Source: Minisyncoccota bacterium
GTDB lineage: Bacteria; Patescibacteriota; Minisyncoccia; Phycocordibacterales; UBA6899
Length of the DNA: 64,000 bases
Direction of reading: 5' to 3'
NCBI GenBank assembly: GCA_035583355.1
Contig: DATEZQ010000012.1
Location: 24,683-88,682, forward strand
The stretch's first letter is position 1, and every line of letters begins with the position of its first letter. The notes below the pieces were generated by a model, which ran no database searches, was not told the DNA's origin, and worked only from the letters and a program-made list of their open reading frames with translations. Shown here one piece after another: positions 47,183-55,648 of this stretch. Both the position numbers and the translations under genes were made by a program.

Positions 47183-47656
47183 ATGCGGCGACAACAGTAC
47201 TTCAGGCGTCTTTACCAAAGCATCTCATGCCTTGCTCAGAAGTCCATGCAAACCACGCATGAACTCGACTACCTCGAATCACTCTGCAGCGCCCTACTCC
47301 GGGATGGCAAAAGAGCGACGGACTTCAAGTTCGTCTATGCTCATGCTCGTCCTCGGTCGCAGTCCCGCGTGCAGGCGTACCGAAATCTGCGTCGCCTCGC
47401 GATGCAGCAGAGCATCCGTGCAGGAAGCGTGGGTGAAATCAAGAAGATCTTCGCGGACACTCCGACTGACGTCCGCCCCGTGGTCATCGAGCACTGGATT
47501 GGCCTCGCACGCACGCGAAATGACTTCATGGAGGCATACCGCGCAACCGAAAAACGCGGCATCGCGAACGAAGTCATGCTCCGCAGAAAATTCATTGCGG
47601 CCGCGAGTGCAGTCGGTGTCCTGCTCACCTTCCCCAAGCTGGCGCAAGTCATCTAA
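47183..47656 (+). CDS. hypothetical protein
   Basis: Reading frame with normal composition, followed by a conserved-stem terminator at 47683-47709. The overlapping 237-aa ORF in another frame is S/R-rich and rejected. Confidence 0.3.
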   Translation: MRRQQYFRRLYQSISCLAQKSMQTTHELDYLESLCSALLRDGKRATDFKFVYAHARPRSQSRVQAYRNLRRLAMQQSIRAGSVGEIKKIFADTPTDVRPVVIEHWIGLARTRNDFMEAYRATEKRGIANEVMLRRKFIAAASAVGVLLTFPKLAQVI

Positions 47657-47714
47657 TGCTCCTCGGCTCGAGAAGGCTCCAGCAAAAAACCAGCACTATG
47701 TGCTGGTTTTGAAT

Positions 47715-48818
47715 TTACGCAAGCCTGCGCATCATGTTCGCGCGATACGCATTGAAATCGATAGTCATGAGCGGTCCAGTTTTTGCAAGGCCAACAGGAA
47801 CACCTACCTTCTCCTCGAGCTCATGAATGAATTCGAGTGCGGAGGGTGAAAGCATTTCCTTGTTGTACAACTGTGCATCGAGGTGATCGAGGAAGGTAAG
47901 TGCGATCTCACTCACTCGATTCACCATACATGCGCGTCGCACATTCTCATAACTGAACGTTGCAACCCTTCGCACGGAGCCCGTCACTGAAGTACGCTCC
48001 GTAATGTCATGTACATTTCCTGCACGCCTTGCGACGGCATCCCAAGAAATCTCTTGCGAGCCTGTGCCAAAGCTTCCGCTTGGGCCACCGACACGAATAG
48101 GATACGTCCGCGCGACACCAATGACTTCAACGTCAAAGCCGTAGGGATTCACGCCGCAGCCTGAAAAGAGCGCTTGTGCTGTAGTGTCCCTGCTCGTCAC
48201 ATAAGGGAAATTCCCATGTTCGAGACTAAGGCCAAATCCTTGCGTACCCTCAAAGATGATGAGCTGGTCGCTGTCGAGTTCCCTGTTCAGGAGTTCAACA
48301 GTATCGACAATGAATGGCCGCAGCACGGGAATATCTTTTGCAAACGTGCAGCGGTCACTACGCATGACTTTGTCAGACATTGCCATGCCGATACCGAGAC
48401 CACTCTTTGCAGAAGTGCTCGAGATTCTCTCGGCAAGCGTTGTCGCCTGCTCGTCACGGATTTGCGCGTCAGTAATGACATGCGCGTGCGCGTCGATGAA
48501 GAGACGGTGCCTGATGGGCTCTATCTTTTCAATGAGTGTGATTTCCTTGAGCAGCACAGGAAGACTAATGATGGAAGAAATTCCAATCACGAGCTTCGTG
48601 AGCGGGTTCACCCAACCACAAGGAATCGTACGCATAACATATGGCACGCCATTGTACATGACAGTATGTCCGGCATTCGCCGCACCAATACGTACACATA
48701 CAGAGGCTGCCGCAGAGAGGTAAGCAGCGATTGCACCCTTCCCCTCAGAGCCGAACTGTAGTCCTACGATGGCGATCGCACGCCCTGCTTTTTCAAGTAT
48801 TCGCATGAGTCGCTCCAC
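47715..48818 (-). CDS. purA: adenylosuccinate synthetase (short, archaeal-type)
   Basis: GLQFGSEGKGAIAAYL P-loop, GHTV motif, and the GDEGKG-family architecture; only 367 aa. Confidence 0.75.
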   Translation of the reverse strand: MERLMRILEKAGRAIAIVGLQFGSEGKGAIAAYLSAAASVCVRIGAANAGHTVMYNGVPYVMRTIPCGWVNPLTKLVIGISSIISLPVLLKEITLIEKIEPIRHRLFIDAHAHVITDAQIRDEQATTLAERISSTSAKSGLGIGMAMSDKVMRSDRCTFAKDIPVLRPFIVDTVELLNRELDSDQLIIFEGTQGFGLSLEHGNFPYVTSRDTTAQALFSGCGVNPYGFDVEVIGVARTYPIRVGGPSGSFGTGSQEISWDAVARRAGNVHDITERTSVTGSVRRVATFSYENVRRACMVNRVSEIALTFLDHLDAQLYNKEMLSPSALEFIHELEEKVGVPVGLAKTGPLMTIDFNAYRANMMRRLA

Positions 48819-48903
48819 GGGAACTGATCTTCTTCCATCATAAGCAAAGCACTGTTCGTGTCAACAAAAAAACCAGCACAGTGTGCTGGCGTGTTTCACT
48901 AGT

Positions 48904-49263
48904 TCACACTGTGCTGCCACCATTAGCCAACTTTGAGACACGCACCAAGTCAAGCAAGATGCGATTAAAATCGCGATGGAGCGCACCCCAACTCTTCGTG
49001 CGAGAAGTGGTTGCGGAATTAACATACTCAAGAGATTCCTTGATAAGCTTTGCAAATGCGGTACGTGCCTCTCGGTGGGCCTCGCTATCCGTAAGCTGTA
49101 AGCCAACCACATTAAAATAGCGTAGTATCACACAACGAAGTTCTAATGCGAGCTCACGCTCCTTTTGATTGCGGGCGATCTTGCGGGCTACGGCCACACC
49201 GATCACGATACTGGCAAGTGCAAGCAAATTCGGAAACCAGGCTGATGCGAAAATATTACTCAT
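48904..49263 (-). CDS. hypothetical protein
   Basis: Probable start MSNIFASAWFPNLL; a single TM then a helical region. Confidence 0.3.
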   Translation of the reverse strand: MSNIFASAWFPNLLALASIVIGVAVARKIARNQKERELALELRCVILRYFNVVGLQLTDSEAHREARTAFAKLIKESLEYVNSATTSRTKSWGALHRDFNRILLDLVRVSKLANGGSTV

Positions 49264-49386
49264 CTCCCTCTCCCTCAAATATGTGGCACAAGGACCACAA
49301 AAACCTTCGTCACAATACCACATAATTCATATTTGGCAATACTCTTCTCATTATGTAAAAAACCAGCACATTGTGCTGGTTGTATT

Positions 49387-49929
49387 TTATCGCCCCGCTT
49401 TAAGCAGTGCAGCACAGACGGTCTCTTCCATCGTTCCGTAAATTGGAAAATTGGAATTCGTTCCTCTACAATAATTGCGCGTAATCTGCTTGAGCCCCGG
49501 AAAGCCTGCCTCGGCGCCGATGACGATGCGCAACTTTGGATTGTGCATAAGGTGCCCCCGCCATTCGGCAATCTCACCGTAGGTCTCGAGCGCGTACGGC
49601 TCACCATTCCCACGTGGACGCTCCTTTGATTCCTCAGGGAGCCAGAATACGAGGCAACCTTTCTCGGCAGCGATTTCGATATAGTGTCGCTCCCAGTATT
49701 GCTGGTGTTCGAACTCCCCCATGTGACCATAGATGGAGTGAGGGAGGAGTGGATGATCCTCGGGATACCTGCACGGAAGTGCGGCAGTGAAATGCGGGAT
49801 ATACCCACGCAAGATCGTGCAGAATTTCTGCTGCCAATCATCGCCACCACGGACGGGGCCAGCAAGAAAAAAGAACGGACCATAACTGAAGTCCACAGGA
49901 CTTACCCGTTTCGGTAAATAGATACGCAT
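49387..49929 (-). CDS. nucleoside 2-deoxyribosyltransferase-like protein
   Basis: PFFFLAGPVRGGDDW near the N-terminus resembles the Rossmann-like NDT/DUF4406 family. Confidence 0.45.
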   Translation of the reverse strand: MRIYLPKRVSPVDFSYGPFFFLAGPVRGGDDWQQKFCTILRGYIPHFTAALPCRYPEDHPLLPHSIYGHMGEFEHQQYWERHYIEIAAEKGCLVFWLPEESKERPRGNGEPYALETYGEIAEWRGHLMHNPKLRIVIGAEAGFPGLKQITRNYCRGTNSNFPIYGTMEETVCAALLKAGR

Positions 49930-50018
49930 AAGACCTCCTTTGCTTCTCCCCCTAAAATACAGGACTTTCCTGAATTGGTCGAGGAAATAAAAACCAGCAC
50001 ATATATGCTGGTTTTTGA

Positions 50019-51367
50019 CTACATCTTCATGGCATCGAATGCCTTATCGAGAATGCCGAGCATCGTTTCGTGCATCGAAGGCTTTGCGTCCTTGCCCTCA
50101 CCTGCTGCTTTTACAATAAAGGAGAGTGGACCACTCACTGCACTACTTTTTGCATCAGTTGCCAGATACAGGGTGTTCCCGACCACTTCCATGGTGAGCT
50201 CAAACGGTAATTCCATGATCTGCTCCATGAAGTCAGGAGTAAGGAGTTCAAATGTCTCCATTGAATCACGTTCATCAGCATACACTTCGAACTCTTTGAT
50301 GAAAGCATTACTTTCCATCTCATGCTTTACCAAGCCACTTGGACCAAACTGGAGCAGGTGCTTGCGGCGTACAAGAATATCATTGTGATGGATTGGAAGA
50401 ATAGCTTGCGCAATGAAACAGCTCTTTACCACTTGCCTATTACTATTCATGATATCCATCGTATAGAACTCGACAATCTTGTCGCGGTAATAGCCAACAA
50501 CATGATTGTTGATATCCGTATTCCCGAATCGTGAGTCCTTAAAGAGCTGGCCCTTGTTCGGTAGCATGAGCCAGCCGAAATCAGGATTGTAGTAGAATCC
50601 GTGCTTCTGTGCAAAATGCGCAATGTTTCCATCAAGACTGAATGGATTCTCGGTAGCCTGATGAATAGCATAGAGCTTCCACGTATCCCCACTACGAATG
50701 AAATCCCAAGTCTCCGTAAAGGAGCTATTATCCACAAAGAGCTTCTCTCCTGTCTCCTTTTCAATCAGTTCATCTTTTGCGTCTGCAGAAAACTCTACAG
50801 AGAATGTATCTTTATTATTGTCCGTTTCGTCAGAGAAATATGAAATGGCAGCGCGATTTATCGATTTGATTGTCGTCGGATTCCTGCGCCCTTCATTGTT
50901 GAGCACCGCAAGCTCAAGTGCGATGCGCTTATACATTGAGGGTTCGAGAATCTTCTCGAGTGCGGGGACATCTATTTCACCCCATGCGCGCTGAAACTCA
51001 AGGAATATTTCCTTCGCAAGCGTAACAAGATGTTCTCTGTTCCATGCAGGGTCGCTACTTGCGACAGCATCGACAGAAGCATTCACTGCAGCATCTCTTG
51101 CATCGCGTGCTTTCTTCACATGGATTGCACTATAGATAACAAGCGCAGCGATACCAAAGACAAAAAGCAGCATGAACCATATACATGCGGGGGACGTACA
51201 ACTTCCGCCGGCTCCACCACCACCGCTATATGAACCGCCACCACCACCTCCGCCTCCACCCCCGCCACCACTTGAGCCGCCACCTCCCGCTCGAGCCCAG
51301 GCAATGACCGGCAATACGCCGAGTACAAACAAAGTTGCCCCCAGCTGATATGCGCGTGTTTGTTTCA
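50019..51367 (-). CDS. Tim44-like domain membrane protein with poly-Gly N-region
   Basis: Start MKQTRAYQL at 51367; the ORF-track extension overlaps the pilin gene. It has a TM, a Gly-rich run (GGGGSSGGGGGGGGGGGG), a second TM, then a Tim44-like block DPAWNREHLVTLAKEIFLEFQRAWGEIDV. Confidence 0.45.
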
Positions 51368-51423
51368 TTTTTCTATTTTCGCATGATTTCGCCCTAGGAG
51401 CAAAAACAACACCGAAGTGTTGT

Positions 51424-51918
51424 TTATTGGCAAGGCGCTGGTGCTCGGTAATCAATGCGTGTGACGGTGTTGGTGAGCTCAGAAGGATACCAAAGGGTGA
51501 CTGTATCAAAACCCGCAAAAGGGTTACTTCCATGGGCAGGCGGATAGCAGTAATAGCCGTATGCATATCCATTCGCTGTCGTTGCCGCAGAGCCAGTATT
51601 ATTATTAATCGGATCTCGAGGAACTTTTGAGAATATACTTGATGTTGCGAGAAATGGAATGAAGTCACCTTGCGCGCTGCTATCGATTCCACTCGTGTTT
51701 GACTCACCATAAGCAGAAGTCTGCGGAAGAAATCCTTTCAAGTCAGCATATATTTCGAGTGCAATCTTTATCTGATCGATATCGTGCTTGCGCCGTGCAT
51801 CTCGTGCTTTCGCGCGCGCAGACGTGAGGGTCGACGTGATCATACTCGAAAGCAGCGCGATAAGCGCAATGACGACAAGCAATTCAATCAATGAGAATCC
51901 CTTGGAGTACCTCTTCAT
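51424..51918 (-). CDS. type IV pilin-like protein (prepilin N-terminal cleavage/methylation domain)
   Basis: MKRYSKGFSLIELLVVIALIALLSS class III signal. Confidence 0.7.
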   Translation of the reverse strand: MKRYSKGFSLIELLVVIALIALLSSMITSTLTSARAKARDARRKHDIDQIKIALEIYADLKGFLPQTSAYGESNTSGIDSSAQGDFIPFLATSSIFSKVPRDPINNNTGSAATTANGYAYGYYCYPPAHGSNPFAGFDTVTLWYPSELTNTVTRIDYRAPAPCQ

Positions 51919-51935
51919 ATGATGAGTGTAATATA

Positions 51936-52325
51936 TTAATTCTGCTCTCGTGCTGCGAACAATGGATGTAATTTCTCGTAGCTAAGATACGATACGACGA
52001 GTAGAGCGAATGCACCCACAGAGTAGAGTATCTCAACCTCAAGACCTTCAACGACCAAATGACTAATGAATGCGGAAATGAAATCGAACGCAAATCCAAC
52101 ATATGCCCACTCTCGAATGCGTCGTGGTGTCTGTGGGAGTATGAGCGCTATTGCACCGAGCACCTTGAACGCCATCAGCATGAATGCAAAATAAATAGGA
52201 TAGCCCAGGCTCATAATATCGGTAAGCGCCTCAGGTGACTGCCAATTAATGACCGTGAGTACACCCTCGAAAAATACGAGTGAGGCCGTTGCAATCCAAA
52301 ACAAAGTATAGTACTTCTGCATCAC
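51936..52325 (-). CDS. DoxX-like family membrane protein
   Basis: 129 aa, four TM helices with DoxX-like pattern. Confidence 0.45.
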   Translation of the reverse strand: MMQKYYTLFWIATASLVFFEGVLTVINWQSPEALTDIMSLGYPIYFAFMLMAFKVLGAIALILPQTPRRIREWAYVGFAFDFISAFISHLVVEGLEVEILYSVGAFALLVVSYLSYEKLHPLFAAREQN

Positions 52326-52390
52326 TCTATTTTACACTATAAAATGGAAAAGTTTGATAATAATGCAAAAACAACACCTCCGTGTTGTTT

Positions 52391-53146
52391 TTACAATTTT
52401 CGCCACAAGAGCTCGAATATCTTCTTCTGAAACATTGCTACGGTCTTATTTTGGATAACAGTTGCAGTCTCCGTGTTGTAGTCGATGACCGCCACCTTAT
52501 CTCCATAGATAACTTGGGAGACATTATATTCAAAAAGATCGAAGTCCGGAGGAACCACTTTCACCTCCCTGTCTAGATTGAGCAACTTCGAATTCTTGTT
52601 TTGCTCGTTAGTGATCACGAGCCGCTCGAGCTGCTTCTTATTGCGCAAGAGTCGATATTTCTTTGAAATATATGTCCCTCCCTCGCGCTCGCCATTACGC
52701 ACCTTCGTAGAGCTGTAGCGATAATAGGTGTCTCCAGGATGAAGGCTCATGGCAACATCATCATAGATTGCCTTTATTGCCTCACGCCCCTCACTGTACT
52801 CAACGATTGGTTTCGCACTTCCCTCCCTATGTGCGAGTGCAGTGAGCGTAGCAATATGCTCGTCAAACTTATTGGAGAGCTGCACAAAACGATCCTCGAG
52901 TTTGCGGGGTGGAGCTGCCGCATAGACTTTGTATTTTCCTTTCGGGCGCACAACAACCAGTCCCTCCTGCATGAGCTCTTCGAGTGTTGCGTAGATGACC
53001 ATACGTGTGAGCTTCATTGCACGCGCAATCTCAGAAACACCCGCGGCGCCACTTTGGAGGAGATGCAAATATATCTGACTTCCCCGAACAGTAAGCCCCA
53101 TATTCGCTAAAAACTCTTCGTGTGCTTTTTGTGGATTGATTTCCAT
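52391..53146 (-). CDS. TrmB-family-like HTH transcriptional regulator
   Basis: The N-terminal winged HTH (IYLHLLQSGAAGVSEIARAMKLTRMVIYATLEELMQEGLV) resembles TrmB sugar-responsive regulators. Confidence 0.45.
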   Translation of the reverse strand: MEINPQKAHEEFLANMGLTVRGSQIYLHLLQSGAAGVSEIARAMKLTRMVIYATLEELMQEGLVVVRPKGKYKVYAAAPPRKLEDRFVQLSNKFDEHIATLTALAHREGSAKPIVEYSEGREAIKAIYDDVAMSLHPGDTYYRYSSTKVRNGEREGGTYISKKYRLLRNKKQLERLVITNEQNKNSKLLNLDREVKVVPPDFDLFEYNVSQVIYGDKVAVIDYNTETATVIQNKTVAMFQKKIFELLWRKL

Positions 53147-53302
53147 AAGTTGTATAATTTATATACAACTTAATTAAAGCATAATACCTATATTTATCAA
53201 CGAATTAATTTTGTCTTAATGGAAATTAGTACATATCTGTATATTTTGTGAGCAGATTTCTCTAGTGGTGTTAATATAAAACCAAGAAATAACACCATTT
53301 AT

Positions 53303-53857
53303 ATGAATACCACAGACCCACTCACCATTCTTGTTGATATGGACGGCGTACTCTGCGATTACGCAGGAGCACACATGACAAAGGTCGCGGAGCGCTACCC
53401 ACACCTTACTCCATATATTGGGCAGGCACAGCAGTTCTGGAGCAGCGAACTCGCCTTCCCTGAGGAACACCGTGAAGCAATCGAAGCCATTGCACTCGAA
53501 CCCGGTTTCTTCGAGAACCTTGCGCCAATCGACGGAGCCATCGAGGCTCTACAAGCACTTGTAGCGAAGGGGCACAATGTACGCATCTGTACAGCACCGA
53601 AGAAAATTCATACCTACTGTGTACCCGAGAAATATAACTGGGTCAGAAACCATCTTGGACAAGCATTCGTTGAGCGCGTTATAATGACACGTGACAAAAC
53701 GCTCACCCATGGTGATCTCCTTATTGATGACAAGCCAGTAATCACTGGAGCAGTGAAGCCTCGCTGGGAGCACATCGTCTTCAATCAGCCGTATAATAAG
53801 GAGGTGCCGAATCGACGTATTGACTGGTCAAACTACAAGGATGTCCTCGGAGTCTAA
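53303..53857 (+). CDS. 5'(3')-deoxyribonucleotidase (HAD superfamily, NT5C-like)
   Basis: ILVDMDGVLCD motif I and LLIDDKP motif of NT5C-type deoxynucleotidases. Confidence 0.6.
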   Translation: MNTTDPLTILVDMDGVLCDYAGAHMTKVAERYPHLTPYIGQAQQFWSSELAFPEEHREAIEAIALEPGFFENLAPIDGAIEALQALVAKGHNVRICTAPKKIHTYCVPEKYNWVRNHLGQAFVERVIMTRDKTLTHGDLLIDDKPVITGAVKPRWEHIVFNQPYNKEVPNRRIDWSNYKDVLGV

Positions 53858-53920
53858 AAAATCTGCACTATGCAGATTTTTTGATTGAATTTTCTCATGA
53901 CTTTCACTCATGACTCATGA

Positions 53921-54427
53921 CTATTGCTTGATGGGGCATTTCCCAAACCAGTACGCAGTAGCATCACAGACCTCACTGCTTCCCGGTGGCGTGCAGGTAC
54001 CTACTTCCGTACGTACATCTCCGGGCTTGATTGTCGTATAGGTACCACCATGAATCACGCAATAACGTCCTGCAGGAGACTTGAGCGATGCAACGTTCGC
54101 GCCGGCTTTGGGACATTGGCCTCGACTGAGTGCCCATTCTTCGCATTGATTGCCATTAGGGAAAATACAAACTCCATATTGTGCACCATTAGGATCCGAC
54201 TCTATCTTGAGCACTCCCCCGAGTTGCACACAGTTCTCTGATGCGGGATTTGCCCTATTGACGCCTCCACGAACTACACCTGAGGGCTTCCAGTGCACTG
54301 CAATCGATGGAGTATTCTGCTCGATCTCTGCAACTTGATCCGCTATCTGCCCATAGACAAGTACTGTTAACAATACACCGGAGATAACAAGCACCGCCCA
54401 GCGCGCTTTATCTGAATTAAGGTTCAT
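53921..54427 (-). CDS. DUF333 (putative hemolysin-like) domain protein
   Basis: Signal anchor followed by two Cys-containing DUF333-like repeats (ANPASENCVQLGG...CIFPNGNQCEEWALSRGQC; AGRYCVIHGG). Confidence 0.45.
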   Translation of the reverse strand: MNLNSDKARWAVLVISGVLLTVLVYGQIADQVAEIEQNTPSIAVHWKPSGVVRGGVNRANPASENCVQLGGVLKIESDPNGAQYGVCIFPNGNQCEEWALSRGQCPKAGANVASLKSPAGRYCVIHGGTYTTIKPGDVRTEVGTCTPPGSSEVCDATAYWFGKCPIKQ

Positions 54428-54780
54428 AATAATAAGTTAGATAATAATTAATTGAGTATTATGCGAGTGATGCATACACGAGCAAGCAAAGTGCAAGAAT
54501 AATGACCGATCCAACTGAAAAGACGATAATAAAGTATGGCCTTCGAGAGCTCCATTCTTCGCGCAATTGCACAATGAATGAGGGCTGCGGCGCGCGACTG
54601 ATGTTCTTGCGTAGCTGCAAGCGTTGTCCATTTGTATGCGTACCAAGGTCAACAAAAGCAACGCCAGTTTTGTCTTGCCAGGGTCTGGGATTATAAGAGC
54701 GCGACATAATACTATTCTATTATATAGTGACGAAGGCGCAAGGGGATAGCGTTTTTGAAAAACAAAAATTCTAGCTTACG

Positions 54781-55041
54781 CTAGAATTTTGCAGTACGTA
54801 GAAACTCCGGAATAAGGAACCCGAAACCGATAAGCGGAAGAATCACCAGCGCGGCGATTAGGTAAGATTTCAGTAAACGCTCGCGCCTATAGAGCACGAG
54901 TTCATGCTCGATTCGGCCCAGCATTTCGAGCACGGCACCCAAATCATGCTTCTCGGGCATTGGATCTTCGATGGCAACAAGGGATTTCGCAAATTCCTTT
55001 AGCGGTCCATCATTCCCCTCCTCATGTAACTCCTCTTTCAT
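54781..55041 (-). CDS. small membrane protein
   Basis: 86 aa with a C-terminal TM (LIAALVILPLIGFGFLI). Confidence 0.25.
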   Translation of the reverse strand: MKEELHEEGNDGPLKEFAKSLVAIEDPMPEKHDLGAVLEMLGRIEHELVLYRRERLLKSYLIAALVILPLIGFGFLIPEFLRTAKF

Positions 55042-55217
55042 GCATATATTATACCCTAGGAAGAAGAGGAGAACTAGAGTTTCATCCTTACTTGACCACG
55101 ATTACACTTGTGCTAGTTTCGGTGAAGAACTTTCACAGAGGAGGGTATACGCGAAAAGCCAAAATACACTCTCAAAAACCCAGGTGGCGGAATACCGCAG
55201 TGTTCCGCGGAATACCG

Positions 55218-55625
55218 ATGAATCTCGAGCAGCTCCACGCCCACAAGGCACATCTCAAGAAAATACATAACGACACAATGAGCGCGATCAATATACAGAT
55301 TGCTGCCGCCATAAAGAAGCGTAAAGCAACGTGTGCTATGTGCAATTTCAAGGGAACCCTCGAAGACTGGATCTTCGTACAGACGTTCCGAAATTCCCCA
55401 GGCGAGGGCGTACTGTGCGATACTTGGGAAAAGCTTCCCCCTACCGCATGCATCGTAATCTGCCCCGCCTGTGACGCACACGTTAATGTTGCGGACCACC
55501 TCTTTCATACCGAGTTCATCGAAACGATTGAGGAGGAGGATGTTTCTCCCGATATGGTCTTCTGGAAGCTCTTCGAAAAGTACGGGGATCAACCCATCGA
55601 AACACCAATTCCCGATTCCGACTAA
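55218..55625 (+). CDS. hypothetical Cys-rich protein
   Basis: Start MNLEQLHAHK; CAMC...CPAC pairs suggest a zinc ribbon. Confidence 0.3.
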   Translation: MNLEQLHAHKAHLKKIHNDTMSAINIQIAAAIKKRKATCAMCNFKGTLEDWIFVQTFRNSPGEGVLCDTWEKLPPTACIVICPACDAHVNVADHLFHTEFIETIEEEDVSPDMVFWKLFEKYGDQPIETPIPDSD

Positions 55626-55648
55626 CAAAAACCGCCCCAGGGCGGTTT

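Noticed and set aside
47136-47849. 237-aa ORF overlapping 47114-47656.
   Set aside because: It is extremely S/R-rich with an atypical composition. The other frame has a protein-like composition and is followed by a terminator.
51368-51710. N-terminal 114-aa extension of the 563-aa ORF (50019-51710).
   Set aside because: It overlaps the pilin gene (51424-51918) and is not protein-like. An internal ATG at 51367 gives a coherent membrane-protein start.
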